A stretch of DNA of 49,169 bases from a virus (lineage: Duplodnaviria > Heunggongvirae > Uroviricota > Caudoviricetes). The translations under genes were made by a program, and so were the position numbers. Below the pieces are notes generated by a model that saw nothing but the letters and a program-made list of their open reading frames with translations, had not been told where the DNA came from and ran no database searches. The DNA lies in the IMG/VR virus record IMGVR_UViG_2740892489_000001. The stretch is one strand, 5' to 3'. This document shows positions 10,566 to 19,885 of this stretch, in pieces. Position 1 is the stretch's first letter. Each line of letters opens with the position of its first letter.

Positions 10566-11291
10566 ATGGAGACCGTTTTTGACGCACTGAAAGCAATGGG
10601 AAAAGCCTCTTCCCAGGAAGTGGCAGCACGTCTGGGAATGACCCGGGATGAGGCGATTAACGAGCTGTGGAAACTGAAGCGTCGTGGGGAAGCTGATAAC
10701 AAGGGCCCGATGTGGTGGTTGACTCAAACCGACGAAAACGCATCTGTAGCACAGGCTTCTAAAGTGACAGCGCAAATGCTGATCGAGGCGATTGAACAGC
10801 ATGGCCCTAAAGCGGCTGATGAACTTGCACTGATATTCAGAATTACTTCCCGCAGGGTGAACTCATCGCTGGCTATGGCCATCAGCAAAGGTCGTCTGAT
10901 TCGCGTAAATCAGAACGGTAAATTTCGTTACTGCCTGCCGGACGGTAATTTACCAGCAGAGCCGAAAGTTGTATCGGTAGTGAAAACACCTGGTAAAGGC
11001 TTTCCTCAGCCAGCCGGTGTTGCGTTACCAGTACAGGAAGCGGCAACACAGGAAGAAATTAAAACAGATACTGTGGGGGACATTGTGCAGTCACTACCAT
11101 CGTTCACTGAAACGCGAGCCAATGACCTGATTATACCATCGCTGCAAATGGCAAACCGCGAACTGCGCCGGGCGAAAAGTTATGTCCAGAAGTGGGAGCG
11201 AGTCTGCGCCGCGCTGCGTGAGCTGAACAAGCACCAGGATATTGTCCGTCAGATTGTCGATTCCTCCAGTCGTATTGTGTCGGAAAAGTGA
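10566..11291 (+). CDS. Hypothetical protein with two winged-helix-like segments
   Basis: GGAGG Shine-Dalgarno 8 nt before ATG 10566; 241 aa. Confidence 0.5.
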   Translation: METVFDALKAMGKASSQEVAARLGMTRDEAINELWKLKRRGEADNKGPMWWLTQTDENASVAQASKVTAQMLIEAIEQHGPKAADELALIFRITSRRVNSSLAMAISKGRLIRVNQNGKFRYCLPDGNLPAEPKVVSVVKTPGKGFPQPAGVALPVQEAATQEEIKTDTVGDIVQSLPSFTETRANDLIIPSLQMANRELRRAKSYVQKWERVCAALRELNKHQDIVRQIVDSSSRIVSEK

Positions 11292-11307
11292 TTCTAGGGG
11301 AGGGCTT

Positions 11308-11731
11308 ATGGCAAAAGTATTAACACAGGAAGAGCGAGAAAAAAATTAAAGGGCAGATTGTTGATCTCGTACGCCAGAGTGAGCGAGAGACGTTACGACA
11401 ACTGGAAGCTAAAACAGGGGCAACCAGATATCTGATAAGTATTCTCGCCAAAGAGCTGGTTTCGAGTGGTTACGTATACAACTCTGGCTACGGGTTATTC
11501 CCGTCTGAGCAGGCACGTAAAGACTGGCAAAACGCCAGCAAAAAACTCTCGAGTGCAAAGTCGAAGGAACCGGTTATGGTTGATCCTGACCTTATCTGCT
11601 CGTTATCTGACGGAGAAATACGTCGTTACGACAGGCGTCATAATATAATTTGTAGTGAGTGCCGTAAAAGAGAAGTTATGCAGCGTGTACTGGCGTTTTA
11701 TCGGGGAAACTTTCAAGAGGTGCTGTTGTGA
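11308..11731 (+). CDS. Hypothetical protein; frame broken at A7 run 11339-11345
   Basis: ATG with GGGGAGGG Shine-Dalgarno; 13 codons then stop; removing one A gives a continuous 140-aa frame ending with CSLSDGE...CSEC. Confidence 0.4.
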
Positions 11732-11891
11732 GCCAAATTAATAATCGGAACTTGGTGAAGTGAAAGAGAAAGCATAACCCAAATCTGAATAATTAAATTC
11801 AGCACTGTGAATAAAATAGAGTCCTTAACCGGAGGAATTCCTGCACTCTCAAATCATCAGGAGGCCGCCCGAAAAGGCGGTGGAGATAATA

Positions 11892-12410
11892 ATGGAAATA
11901 ACTAAAGAACGATTATTGGAAATAGCAAATCTTAGTGATGGGGCATTAAGTGATGGGAGAATTATTTCTCCTGATGCTTATGAATCAGTTACAAGTATAG
12001 AAATAATAACGATGGCTAGGATGCTTCTTGCGCGATTCAAAAAAGAATATAAAAAACAGGTAGATAGCAATGCTAATATATATGATATTTTGGACGGTTG
12101 GGGAGCCTGGGCTGTAGCTGAAAATAGTTCTATTGATTGGCAGGAAATAGCTGATAAATATAAAAATGTTGTTCCTCATGGTAAAAAATCACGTCGTCAG
12201 TGCAGCAATGATGAAGGGGGTATAATTGATACCTGCATGTTGAGGCTTAAACAATATAAGATAGATGACTATGAGTTAATTATCGCTCATTTTGTTATGG
12301 GAGTTTCATTGCGTTGTTTAGCTAAGATAAACGAATGTTCAGATGGTAAAATAAGGAAAAAAATGCAAATGGCAATGGGATTTATTGCAGGTTGTATCTA
12401 TTACCGTTGA
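11892..12410 (+). CDS. Q-antiterminator-like protein (QuuD/Q-933W type) with N-terminal extension; AT-rich
   Basis: DGWGAWA...KSRRQC...IIDTCMLRLK...FVMGVSLRCL...CSDGKIRKKMQ resembles the Q family signature as recalled; GGAG 6 nt before ATG 11892. Confidence 0.55.
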   Translation: MEITKERLLEIANLSDGALSDGRIISPDAYESVTSIEIITMARMLLARFKKEYKKQVDSNANIYDILDGWGAWAVAENSSIDWQEIADKYKNVVPHGKKSRRQCSNDEGGIIDTCMLRLKQYKIDDYELIIAHFVMGVSLRCLAKINECSDGKIRKKMQMAMGFIAGCIYYR

Positions 12411-12416
12411 TTTTTT

Positions 12417-12437
12417 AAGGCGAGTTTCTCTCGCCTT
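12417..12437. other. Perfect 8-bp stem-loop between convergent genes (possible terminator)
   Basis: AAGGCGAG-TTTCT-CTCGCCTT, T6 on the 5' side only; not a canonical hairpin-plus-U-tract in either direction. Confidence 0.4.
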
Positions 12438-12440
12438 AAA

Positions 12441-13924
12441 TTAACTACAGTAACTATTGATTAAGTGAGAACTGAGCCAAGAGGTAATTGCATTCGTAGC
12501 ATGTTCATCAAGCATTGAGAATCCTAATATGATCATTATAAATGAAATCAGCAAAGTCAGAATCACAACGAATGTGGCTATAATCTGATAAGCTTTGTAT
12601 GCTTCTCTTAATGGTGTGACTGCAAGATTCTCATAGTCAGTATCATCAAGAAAACCATATAGTTTATCTCTCCAGACTAGCCTAGTATTATCAAGTATCT
12701 TAAAGTAATTTTTATTTATGAAGAGAGTTGTAACCTGAGATATAAAAATATATATAGATAACGCGAAGAACATATATGGGAATATGTTATTGGTTATATT
12801 AATCTTTGATGCGTCTAGCGCATATTTTATTGCAAATAGACTTATAACCAGAGCCAGATCTTTCCAAAGAGCGGATGTGATGTCTTTAGACTGACTTATT
12901 ATTTTTTGCGTGTCTTCAGCTAAGGTTTTCCTTAGATCGGACAGAGATTTAATAGTCTCTCTGCTGCTAGCGCGAATGTGGGCCTTATATAGTAATTTTG
13001 CTGACTCAAAGGCCATAGGGAGTTTTTTTTGGTAAACCCTCACAGAAGGATACATACTCTGGCCATTCTCGTGCTAACTCACTTGTGAAGAAAGTATGTT
13101 TGAGTTCAATCTCATTGCCCTCAATAAAGATCCAGTTTATTACAGTTTGTAAAACTGAATAGTCGGAAAGCAGAATGTCTGGATCTCCATAAATTAATTT
13201 TTTTGGTGGCTTTCCAGTTAAACAAATTGATTTCTTTTCATCTGCTAATAATTCATTAACGAGAGTGCGACAAAGCATATTGCAGGAAACTTGTAACCAT
13301 TTTTTGAAAAAGTTGTCCTCTGCCTCAGGCATTTTATAAAGTACCCAAGGAGCTATATCAGATGCAGGCATGAACTCACTAGAATAGAATTTAACGTAGC
13401 TCTGTAAATTGATTGAAGTTCGTACGGTTTCATTAGATTCAATTTTTTTCTGGAGCATGGTTCCATGGCTCAACAGAATATCCTAAAGTTTCAAATCCAT
13501 GTTTCAAACCGAGAATATTCACTTTATTGGTTATTGATACTAAATCATCATTGTGTAGAAAAACATTCCACCCTTCGAGCGTAAAAATATACCTGTTATT
13601 TTCGAATGCAATGCATTTTAGCGTAATGTTAAGTTTATCACCTTCACTGCATGACGATGGTTTTACTTCATCATTACAGTCATCTTTAACAGTAATTTCA
13701 ATCCAATTTGGTACGTTTTCGTAAACGTACTGCCAAAGAATGAGTGCATCTTTGTCCATTTTGGCAGAAATTAGAACGCGCGCAGAATCATTTTTTATTG
13801 ATTCTGATGCCAAAAATTCAGGGTCTTTCCTTGACGCCTGTATAGACTCATCGATTTTTTGAAGTATCGATGTCATCAGTAATAATCCTCGCAGTAGTAA
13901 CAATAATTTGTTTTCGCCCATCAT
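12441..13924 (-). CDS. Hypothetical protein with multi-pass membrane C-terminus; three track ORFs joined across homopolymer indels
   Basis: ORFs 13439..13924, 13006..13473 and 12441..13055 become one frame if T7 13443-13449 and T8 13023-13030 are each one base shorter; hydrophobic helices in last ~200 aa. Confidence 0.5.
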
Positions 13925-14907
13925 CTAAGTTTCTTATTTCTGGACGGTCATCTTCATTATAACTAATTACTACACTTTCTGCAGTTTCAATTTTTCGTCT
14001 TGGTGGTTTATGAATGCCATCTGCTTTTATAGTAAAGGATTCGCCTTCAATACCAGCATTTTTTGTTTGAGTTTTGAATGTGTTGAGAATTGGTGATTTT
14101 TCATCTAACGGCCCAAAAATGCTGGTCAATAACGGAGAAGCATCTTCAGGATTATATTCGAAATCAGCTCTGCTTAAAACTTCATATATTTTATTTACGC
14201 CGCTTTTTTGAATTGACTCTGGCAATAATTCTTTATGCCTTTTGAAGGTTATTTTCAGCGCATCAATAAGCTTATTGCAAAGTTCAATTTCAGAGTTGAC
14301 TCTTTTAACATTTAAGAAGCCTTTAAAATATCCTGAAATATTGGTTCTTTTACTCCTGTCTTTTACAATAACTTTCCCGCCTTTCCCACTTGGATCAAGT
14401 TGAATTAACGCTATTTTTTTGCATTGCCTCAGCTTTTTTTACGAAAGTTTCATGAAATCTTTCTAAAGTAGGCATTTGTTCTTCAGATAACTTTTCGTCA
14501 AGAACATAACGAACCACATCTTCATTATCGTATTTTATAATTGCATAGAATTTTTCCTTATCTGAAACCAATTCAAATAAGAAAAAGCATCCCATACTCG
14601 TGTTACCGCTAGAATGGTGTGACTGAAAATCACTGGCCAGTAGCTTCGATTGTTCTGTAAAACAATTAGCTTCAGCATCTGCTTTATCTCTAATGATACG
14701 CAGGATTCTTTCGGTATTTGAATTCTCCAGAAAAGTGAAAAGATTTCCTTTCAGTGAAGATTTGATACGTTCAAGAAAAAAATCCACATGCTGAACTGGT
14801 TTTATTTCTTTGAGAAGTGTCGGTGCTTCAAGATTCTTACCTACAACGTGAAAGATCATTTTATTAATGACTAAATTTTGTACGTCTTGTTCAGAAAGGA
14901 AACTCAT
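13848..14907 (-). CDS. NdpA/YejK-like (nucleoid-associated protein family) candidate; two track ORFs joined
   Basis: ORFs 14395..14907 and 13848..14225 fuse if T7 14414-14420 or 14434-14440 is one base shorter; motifs MIFHVV, GCFFLFELV...YAIIKYD, IQLDPSGKGGKVIVKDRSK recall the YejK family; GGAG before start. Confidence 0.45.
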
Positions 14908-14948
14908 CCTGACTCCATAATCAAGCAGATTAGAACTATGACTAGTCT

Positions 14949-14977
14949 AGTATATGCATCTTTTGGTGCGTACGCAA
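14949..14977 (-). promoter_or_regulatory. Candidate sigma70 promoter for the minus-strand island genes
   Basis: On minus strand TTGCGT-17 nt-TATACT, about 50 nt upstream of start 14907. Confidence 0.35.
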
Positions 14978-14999
14978 AAGTTCTTAAACTCAAAATGTT

Positions 15000-15236
15000 A
15001 TCGCGGATAGATCTTTGTAGAGTCAGTGATTGGCGCAGGTAGGTGGTAACAGCAGACAAATAGCTGCGGATACTTGAGGCTATCTGCCTCGGGCATGAAC
15101 ATCAAAGGCAGATAGAGAAAAGCCCCAGTTAACATTACGCATCCGGCAAGACGCTTAACATTAATCTGAGGCCAATTTCATGCTTTGCACATGTAGGTTA
15201 GCCTCTTACGTGCCGAAAGGCAAGGAGAAGCAGGCT
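15000..15236. promoter_or_regulatory. hok leader / putative sok antisense region
   Basis: Structured GC-rich leader typical of hok mRNAs upstream of the hok ATG. Confidence 0.4.
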
Positions 15237-15392
15237 ATGAAGCAGCAAAAGGCGATGTTAGTCGCCCTGATCGTCATCTGTTTAACCGTTATAGTGACGG
15301 TACTGGTAACGAGGAAAGACCTCTGCGAGGTACGAATCCGAACCGACCAGACGGAGGTCGCTGTCTTCACAGCTTACGAACTTGGGGAGTAA
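15237..15392 (+). CDS. hok: Hok/Gef-family type I toxin
   Basis: MKQQKAMLVALIVICLTVIVTVLVTRKDLCEVRIRTDQTEVAVFTAYELGE; in-frame upstream extension from 15180 (mok-like). Confidence 0.85.
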   Translation: MKQQKAMLVALIVICLTVIVTVLVTRKDLCEVRIRTDQTEVAVFTAYELGE

Positions 15393-15400
15393 GAGGACCG

Positions 15401-15418
15401 GCGGGGAGAAATCCCCGC
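15401..15418 (+). terminator. Stem-loop at hok 3' end
   Basis: GCGGGGA-GAAA-TCCCCGC immediately after hok stop. Confidence 0.45.
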
Positions 15419-15855
15419 AACCTCTGATGTATTATGCATCCTCAACGCAGCCACAGTTAACCTGATTGGCGGGTTTATTTCATCTGTAAATATATTTATA
15501 AAAATAATGCCCACGCACAGCATAAAACAAAAAGTATTACAGATAAAAAAGGAACGTAATGTGCAGATTTGTTGTTTTCCATATTTACTCACCTTAATAT
15601 GATTAACCCTGATAGGGTTGTTATTTCAGCGGTTTTCAAATGAGATATTATGGTGATCTGACAAATTTGCATAACATTAAAATTTAATTTGTTTAACCGC
15701 TTTTAATAATAAGCGTTGTTTGTATCCCAGCAATCTGTTGTTTGGTTTTTATTCCATTAAGGTGGGGGCTTTACACTGGAGCCAGTTTATTTATACTTCA
15801 TACGTCAGCCTGAACAACTGGCATCTGCTGCGCTGCGCCATCGAGAGATTGAGAA

Positions 15856-16455
15856 ATGGCGCATATACAACTGGTCAAACAAACCTCTTCCGGATTACTT
15901 CTCCCGGCGACGCCGGAGAGTTGTGATTTTCTGCATCAAATCAAAATAGGCGAGTGGATACACGCAGACTTTAAGCGTGTGCGTAACTACGCATTCCACA
16001 AGCGTTTTTTCAAACTCCTGCAACTGGGATTCGATTACTGGACTCCGGTCGGTGGGGCGATCACGCCTCGCGAACGAAAACTGCTGTCTGGTTTCGTTGA
16101 TTACCTGTGCGAATCAGTTGGTCGGGAACACACGCCAGCCCTGAGTGATGCCGCAGAGCAATATCTGAATACAGTTGCGACACGCAGAACCCGGGATACG
16201 GCATTGTTAAAGTCGTTTGAGGCTTTTCGCGAGTGGGTAACCATTCAGGCTGGATTTTACACCGAACATTTTTATCCGGACGGTAGCCATGGGCGTCGGG
16301 CGAAATCCATCGCTTTTGCGAATATGGACGAAACCGAGTTTCAGCAGGTTTATAAATCTGTTCTGAATGTGCTGTGGAACTGGATTCTGTTCCGTAAATT
16401 TTCCTCTCCGGAACAAGTCGAAAATGTGGCCGCGCAGCTGCTGGAGTTTGCGTAA
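15856..16455 (+). CDS. Nin-region phage protein (DUF1367-like by recollection)
   Basis: 199-aa ORF in the position of ydfU-type genes upstream of the late regulator. Confidence 0.45.
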   Translation: MAHIQLVKQTSSGLLLPATPESCDFLHQIKIGEWIHADFKRVRNYAFHKRFFKLLQLGFDYWTPVGGAITPRERKLLSGFVDYLCESVGREHTPALSDAAEQYLNTVATRRTRDTALLKSFEAFREWVTIQAGFYTEHFYPDGSHGRRAKSIAFANMDETEFQQVYKSVLNVLWNWILFRKFSSPEQVENVAAQLLEFA

Positions 16456-16745
16456 TGGTGGATTTACGTAAAGCGGCGCGGGGGCAGATGTGCACCGTCA
16501 GAATTCCTGGCTACTGCAATCACGATCCGGAAACGTCTGTGCTGGCGCATTACCGACTGGCGGGAACGTGCGGAACAGCGACAAAACCACACAATATGCA
16601 GGCGGCGATTGCCTGTAGCTCATGCCACGATCTAATCGACGGGCGGGTAAAAACCATCGATTACACCAAAGAAGAATTACGCCTGATGCATGCAGAAGGT
16701 GTTCTTCGCACACAAGAAATCTGGAGAAAGGAGGGATATTTATGA
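16455..16745 (+). CDS. YbcO-like Cys-rich protein (DUF1364 by recollection)
   Basis: CTVRIPGYCNHDPETSVLAHYRLAG...CSSCHD pattern, 96 aa. Confidence 0.5.
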   Translation: MVDLRKAARGQMCTVRIPGYCNHDPETSVLAHYRLAGTCGTATKPHNMQAAIACSSCHDLIDGRVKTIDYTKEELRLMHAEGVLRTQEIWRKEGYL

Positions 16746-16924
16746 TTTACCCAACGAATACAGGAAAAAGCGGAGAACACCTTCGTCTCACCACGCTGGA
16801 AAGTGTCTGGATTCAGGGAAAACTACGTATGTGGGGGCGCTGGTCGTATATTGGCGGCGGTAAGACGGGGAATATGTTCAACCAGTTGTTGGCCTCTAAA
16901 AAGCTGACAAAAAACGGCAATTAA
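16742..16924 (+). CDS. Hypothetical 60-aa protein
   Basis: GGAGGG Shine-Dalgarno before ATG 16742; overlaps upstream stop. Confidence 0.4.
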   Translation: MIYPTNTGKSGEHLRLTTLESVWIQGKLRMWGRWSYIGGGKTGNMFNQLLASKKLTKNGN

Positions 16925-16940
16925 CGAGGCGCTCCGGAGG

Positions 16941-17286
16941 ATGAAAAAAAGCAGGTCTGAACAAGTCTGAACTTGAGGCTTTTTTGCGGGATATGATTAA
17001 CGGTAAGCAAAAGAGCTGGCTGGCGCATTGTACTGATGCAGAGGCGTTATGTATTGATCGGGTCATAAGTGAGGTGCTGGCAGAGCATCCAGGATTGATT
17101 AGCGTCCTTCGGCAACGGTATGAGGGGCGGGGGATGACCAAACGCAAAATGGCTGAATTGCTAAATGATGCACACCCAGAGTGGTGTTTTAGCACATGCG
17201 AAAAGCGAATTGCTAATTGGTTGGCCGTTGCTGAGTATGCGCTATACATTCCCATGCGAGAATCATTCGCTCAAAAAACGGCTTGA
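16941..17286 (+). CDS. Hypothetical protein at the Q position upstream of the late region; frame broken at A7 run 16944-16950
   Basis: ATG 16941 with GGAGG Shine-Dalgarno gives 9 codons then stop; one fewer A yields a continuous 115-aa frame MKKAGLNKSELEAFLRDMINGK... Confidence 0.4.
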
Positions 17287-17532
17287 TTTTTTACGCATAA
17301 ACTGCTTCAATTTTGCTACGCTTCGCAAAGCTGTATCGCGAGGCGAATCAAGCGCAATTAAACTTTAATAGAACCCGCCATCGAGCGGGTTTTGTTGTTT
17401 CTGTGGTGTGATATCAGAAACGATATTTAATCATCGCCTTCAAAATAAATTTATTTATATGTTGTTGTATATATTTTAAGTGAAAGTGAATTATTCACAT
17501 AAAATAAAAACATATAAATAAATTTACATAAC

Positions 17533-17576
17533 TTGACGCAAACTGTTGTTGCGATTGGAATATTAAATCGTATCAT
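17533..17576 (+). promoter_or_regulatory. Candidate promoter upstream of tRNA genes
   Basis: TTGACG at 17533 after a very AT-rich upstream stretch (17440-17530); -10 element ambiguous. Confidence 0.3.
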
Positions 17577-17639
17577 CGAAAACGGTTCTGAGGGGGAACT
17601 CTTCTTTGAACGGTGATATCGCTCCCCTGAAGAACCAAT

Positions 17640-17715
<76 letters not shown>

Positions 17716-17718
17716 TAT

Positions 17719-17793
<75 letters not shown>

Positions 17794-18159
17794 GCATTTG
17801 AAACAAGCCTTATTGTATTACGGCACTGGCGTATTTTTTTTATTACGTGGGAGCAGGTTGTTTTGAAAAAGCATTCTGTTCTCTGGCTATGATTTGAGGC
17901 CGGGTGTAGCCTCAGTGCTGATTTTTTACGGCAGCAGAATGGTGCATTATCGGTGGAGATTTTGTATTTCCTGGCAGGGTCGGTGATGCATCATTCTGGT
18001 GTTGTAAATCGCACCACAGAGGCGCTCCTCAGTGCGAGGGTGGTTTAAAGAGTCGGTTTAGCGGGAAACCACAGTATCCATACAGCACGGAATACTTCGG
18101 GAGGCACCCGACGCCTCGGTTTAATAACAATTAAAAAATTCATCCCTTGCATTGACCAA

Positions 18160-18184
18160 CCGCCATATCTGGCGGTTTTTTTTT
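18160..18184 (+). terminator. Rho-independent terminator
   Basis: CCGCCA-TATC-TGGCGG followed by T9. Confidence 0.7.
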
Positions 18185-18574
18185 ATTCCTTTCTCAGGAC
18201 AAAAAAAAGACACGAGCATCCAGGAATACTCGTGGGACAACGTCCTTTAGATAGCAATTTGCGAGAGGGTGAAAAGTAGCGCGGTCGTCGGATTAAGACC
18301 GCGGGACAAAGTCCATGAAGAATAATAAGTATTGGCCCCCTTCTGGGGACATGTTCATACTACTAAGCTTCAGAAGTGGTTTAAATCATCAAATTAACCT
18401 TAATTTTCGATAAGTCTTATTTCATTTCTTTGCGCCACATCTGGCGCGCATCAAATAACGCCACGCAAAGGGCATCTGCGGATGCCGGTGCTTTTGACGG
18501 GGTGTTTTTTACGGGCCGCTGGTGGCCATTTTTTGTTTCCATTACACAGCGCCCGCATCTGCGAGGTGGGGGTT

Positions 18575-18790
18575 ATGAAATCCATGGATAAGTTAACAAC
18601 GGGTGTCGCCTATGGCACCTCCGCAAGCAGTGCTGGCTACTGGTTTTTACAGTTGCTCGATAGAGTAACTCCGTCACAGTGGGCTGCAATCGGTGTGCTG
18701 GGTAGTCTGGTTTTTGGCCTGCTGACGTACCTGACAAACCTTTATTTCAAGATTAAAGAAGATAAGCGCAAGGCTGCGAGAGGTGAATAA
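18575..18790 (+). CDS. Phage-21-type pinholin (S21-like), dual start MKSM
   Basis: [71 protein letters not shown], 71 aa. Confidence 0.85.
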   Translation: MKSMDKLTTGVAYGTSASSAGYWFLQLLDRVTPSQWAAIGVLGSLVFGLLTYLTNLYFKIKEDKRKAARGE

Positions 18791-19287
18791 TGCCTCCATC
18801 ATTACGAAAAGCCGTTGCTGCTGCTATTGGTGGCGGAGCAATTGCTATAGCATCAGTGTTAATCACTGGCTCAAGTGGTAACGATGGTCTGGAGGGTGTC
18901 AGCTACATACCATACAAAGATATTGTTGGTGTATGGACTGTATGTCACGGGCATACAGGAAAAGACATCATGCTCGGTAAAACGTATACCAAAGCAGAAT
19001 GCAAAGCACTCTTGAATAAAGACCTTGCCACTGTCGCCAGACAAATTAACCCGTACATCAAAGTCGATATACCGGAAACAACGCGCGGCGCTCTTTACTC
19101 ATTCGTTTACAACGTGGGTGCTGGCAATTTCAGAACATCGACGCTTCTTCGCAAAATAAACCAGGGCGATATCAAAGGCGCATGTGATCAGCTACGTCGC
19201 TGGACATATGCTGGCGGTAAGCAATGGAAAGGTCTCATGACTCGTCGTGAGATTGAGCGTGAAATCTGTTTGTGGGGTCAGCAATGA
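18790..19287 (+). CDS. Endolysin (lysozyme) with N-terminal signal-anchor-release segment
   Basis: Hydrophobic Gly/Ala-rich N-terminus then lysozyme-like region; start overlaps holin stop (TAATG). Confidence 0.85.
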   Translation: MPPSLRKAVAAAIGGGAIAIASVLITGSSGNDGLEGVSYIPYKDIVGVWTVCHGHTGKDIMLGKTYTKAECKALLNKDLATVARQINPYIKVDIPETTRGALYSFVYNVGAGNFRTSTLLRKINQGDIKGACDQLRRWTYAGGKQWKGLMTRREIEREICLWGQQ

Positions 19288-19748
19288 ACAGAGTAACCGC
19301 GATTATCTCCGCTCTGGTTATCTGCATCATCGTCTGCCTGTCATGGGCTGTTAATCATTACCGTGATAACGCCATTACCTACAAAGCCCAGCGCGACAAA
19401 AATGCCAGAGAACTGAAGCTGGCGAACGCGGCAATTACTGACATGCAGATGCGTCAGCGTGATGTTGCTGCGCTCGATGCAAAATACACGAAGGAGTTAG
19501 CTGATGCGAAAGCTGAAAATGATGCTCTGCGTGATGATGTTGCCGCTGGTCGTCGTCGGTTGCACATCAAAGCAGTCTGTCAGTCAGTGCGTGAAGCCAC
19601 CACCGCCTCCGGCGTGGATAATGCAGCCTCCCCCCGACTGGCAGACACCGCTGAACGGGATTATTTCACCCTCCGGGAACGACTGGTAATGATGCAGGCC
19701 CAACTTGAAGGTGCTCAGCAATACATAACCGAACAGTGTTTAAAGTAA
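19284..19748 (+). CDS. Rz-like inner-membrane spanin subunit
   Basis: N-terminal TM helix then coiled-coil-like sequence; overlaps endolysin stop. Confidence 0.75.
   Translation: MNRVTAIISALVICIIVCLSWAVNHYRDNAITYKAQRDKNARELKLANAAITDMQMRQRDVAALDAKYTKELADAKAENDALRDDVAAGRRRLHIKAVCQSVREATTASGVDNAASPRLADTAERDYFTLRERLVMMQAQLEGAQQYITEQCLK
19504..19689 (+). CDS. Rz1-like outer-membrane lipoprotein spanin subunit, embedded in Rz
   Basis: Lipobox LVVVGC, proline-rich [13 protein letters not shown], nested in the +1 frame of Rz. Confidence 0.7.
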   Translation: MRKLKMMLCVMMLPLVVVGCTSKQSVSQCVKPPPPPAWIMQPPPDWQTPLNGIISPSGNDW

Positions 19749-19885
19749 AATCTTAACTACAATATGATTCATTTTGATGATTGTTTCATAAGGAACAGTG
19801 AAGTAAGATCTAAGATGAGTTAAATTTTATACAGTATAATCATAATATTGCAGCAAGGTGGTTATAATTGAAAGAATATTTAGAT

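Noticed and set aside
12417-12437. Hairpin between Q-like gene and island gene as a canonical bidirectional terminator
   Set aside because: The U tract is on the wrong side for both strands; kept only as a possible structure.
15374-15592. 72-aa minus-strand ORF overlapping the hok 3' end
   Set aside because: Runs through the hok 3' stem-loop and has a non-ATG start; only the short 28-codon peptide in a different frame has a plausible ribosome-binding site.
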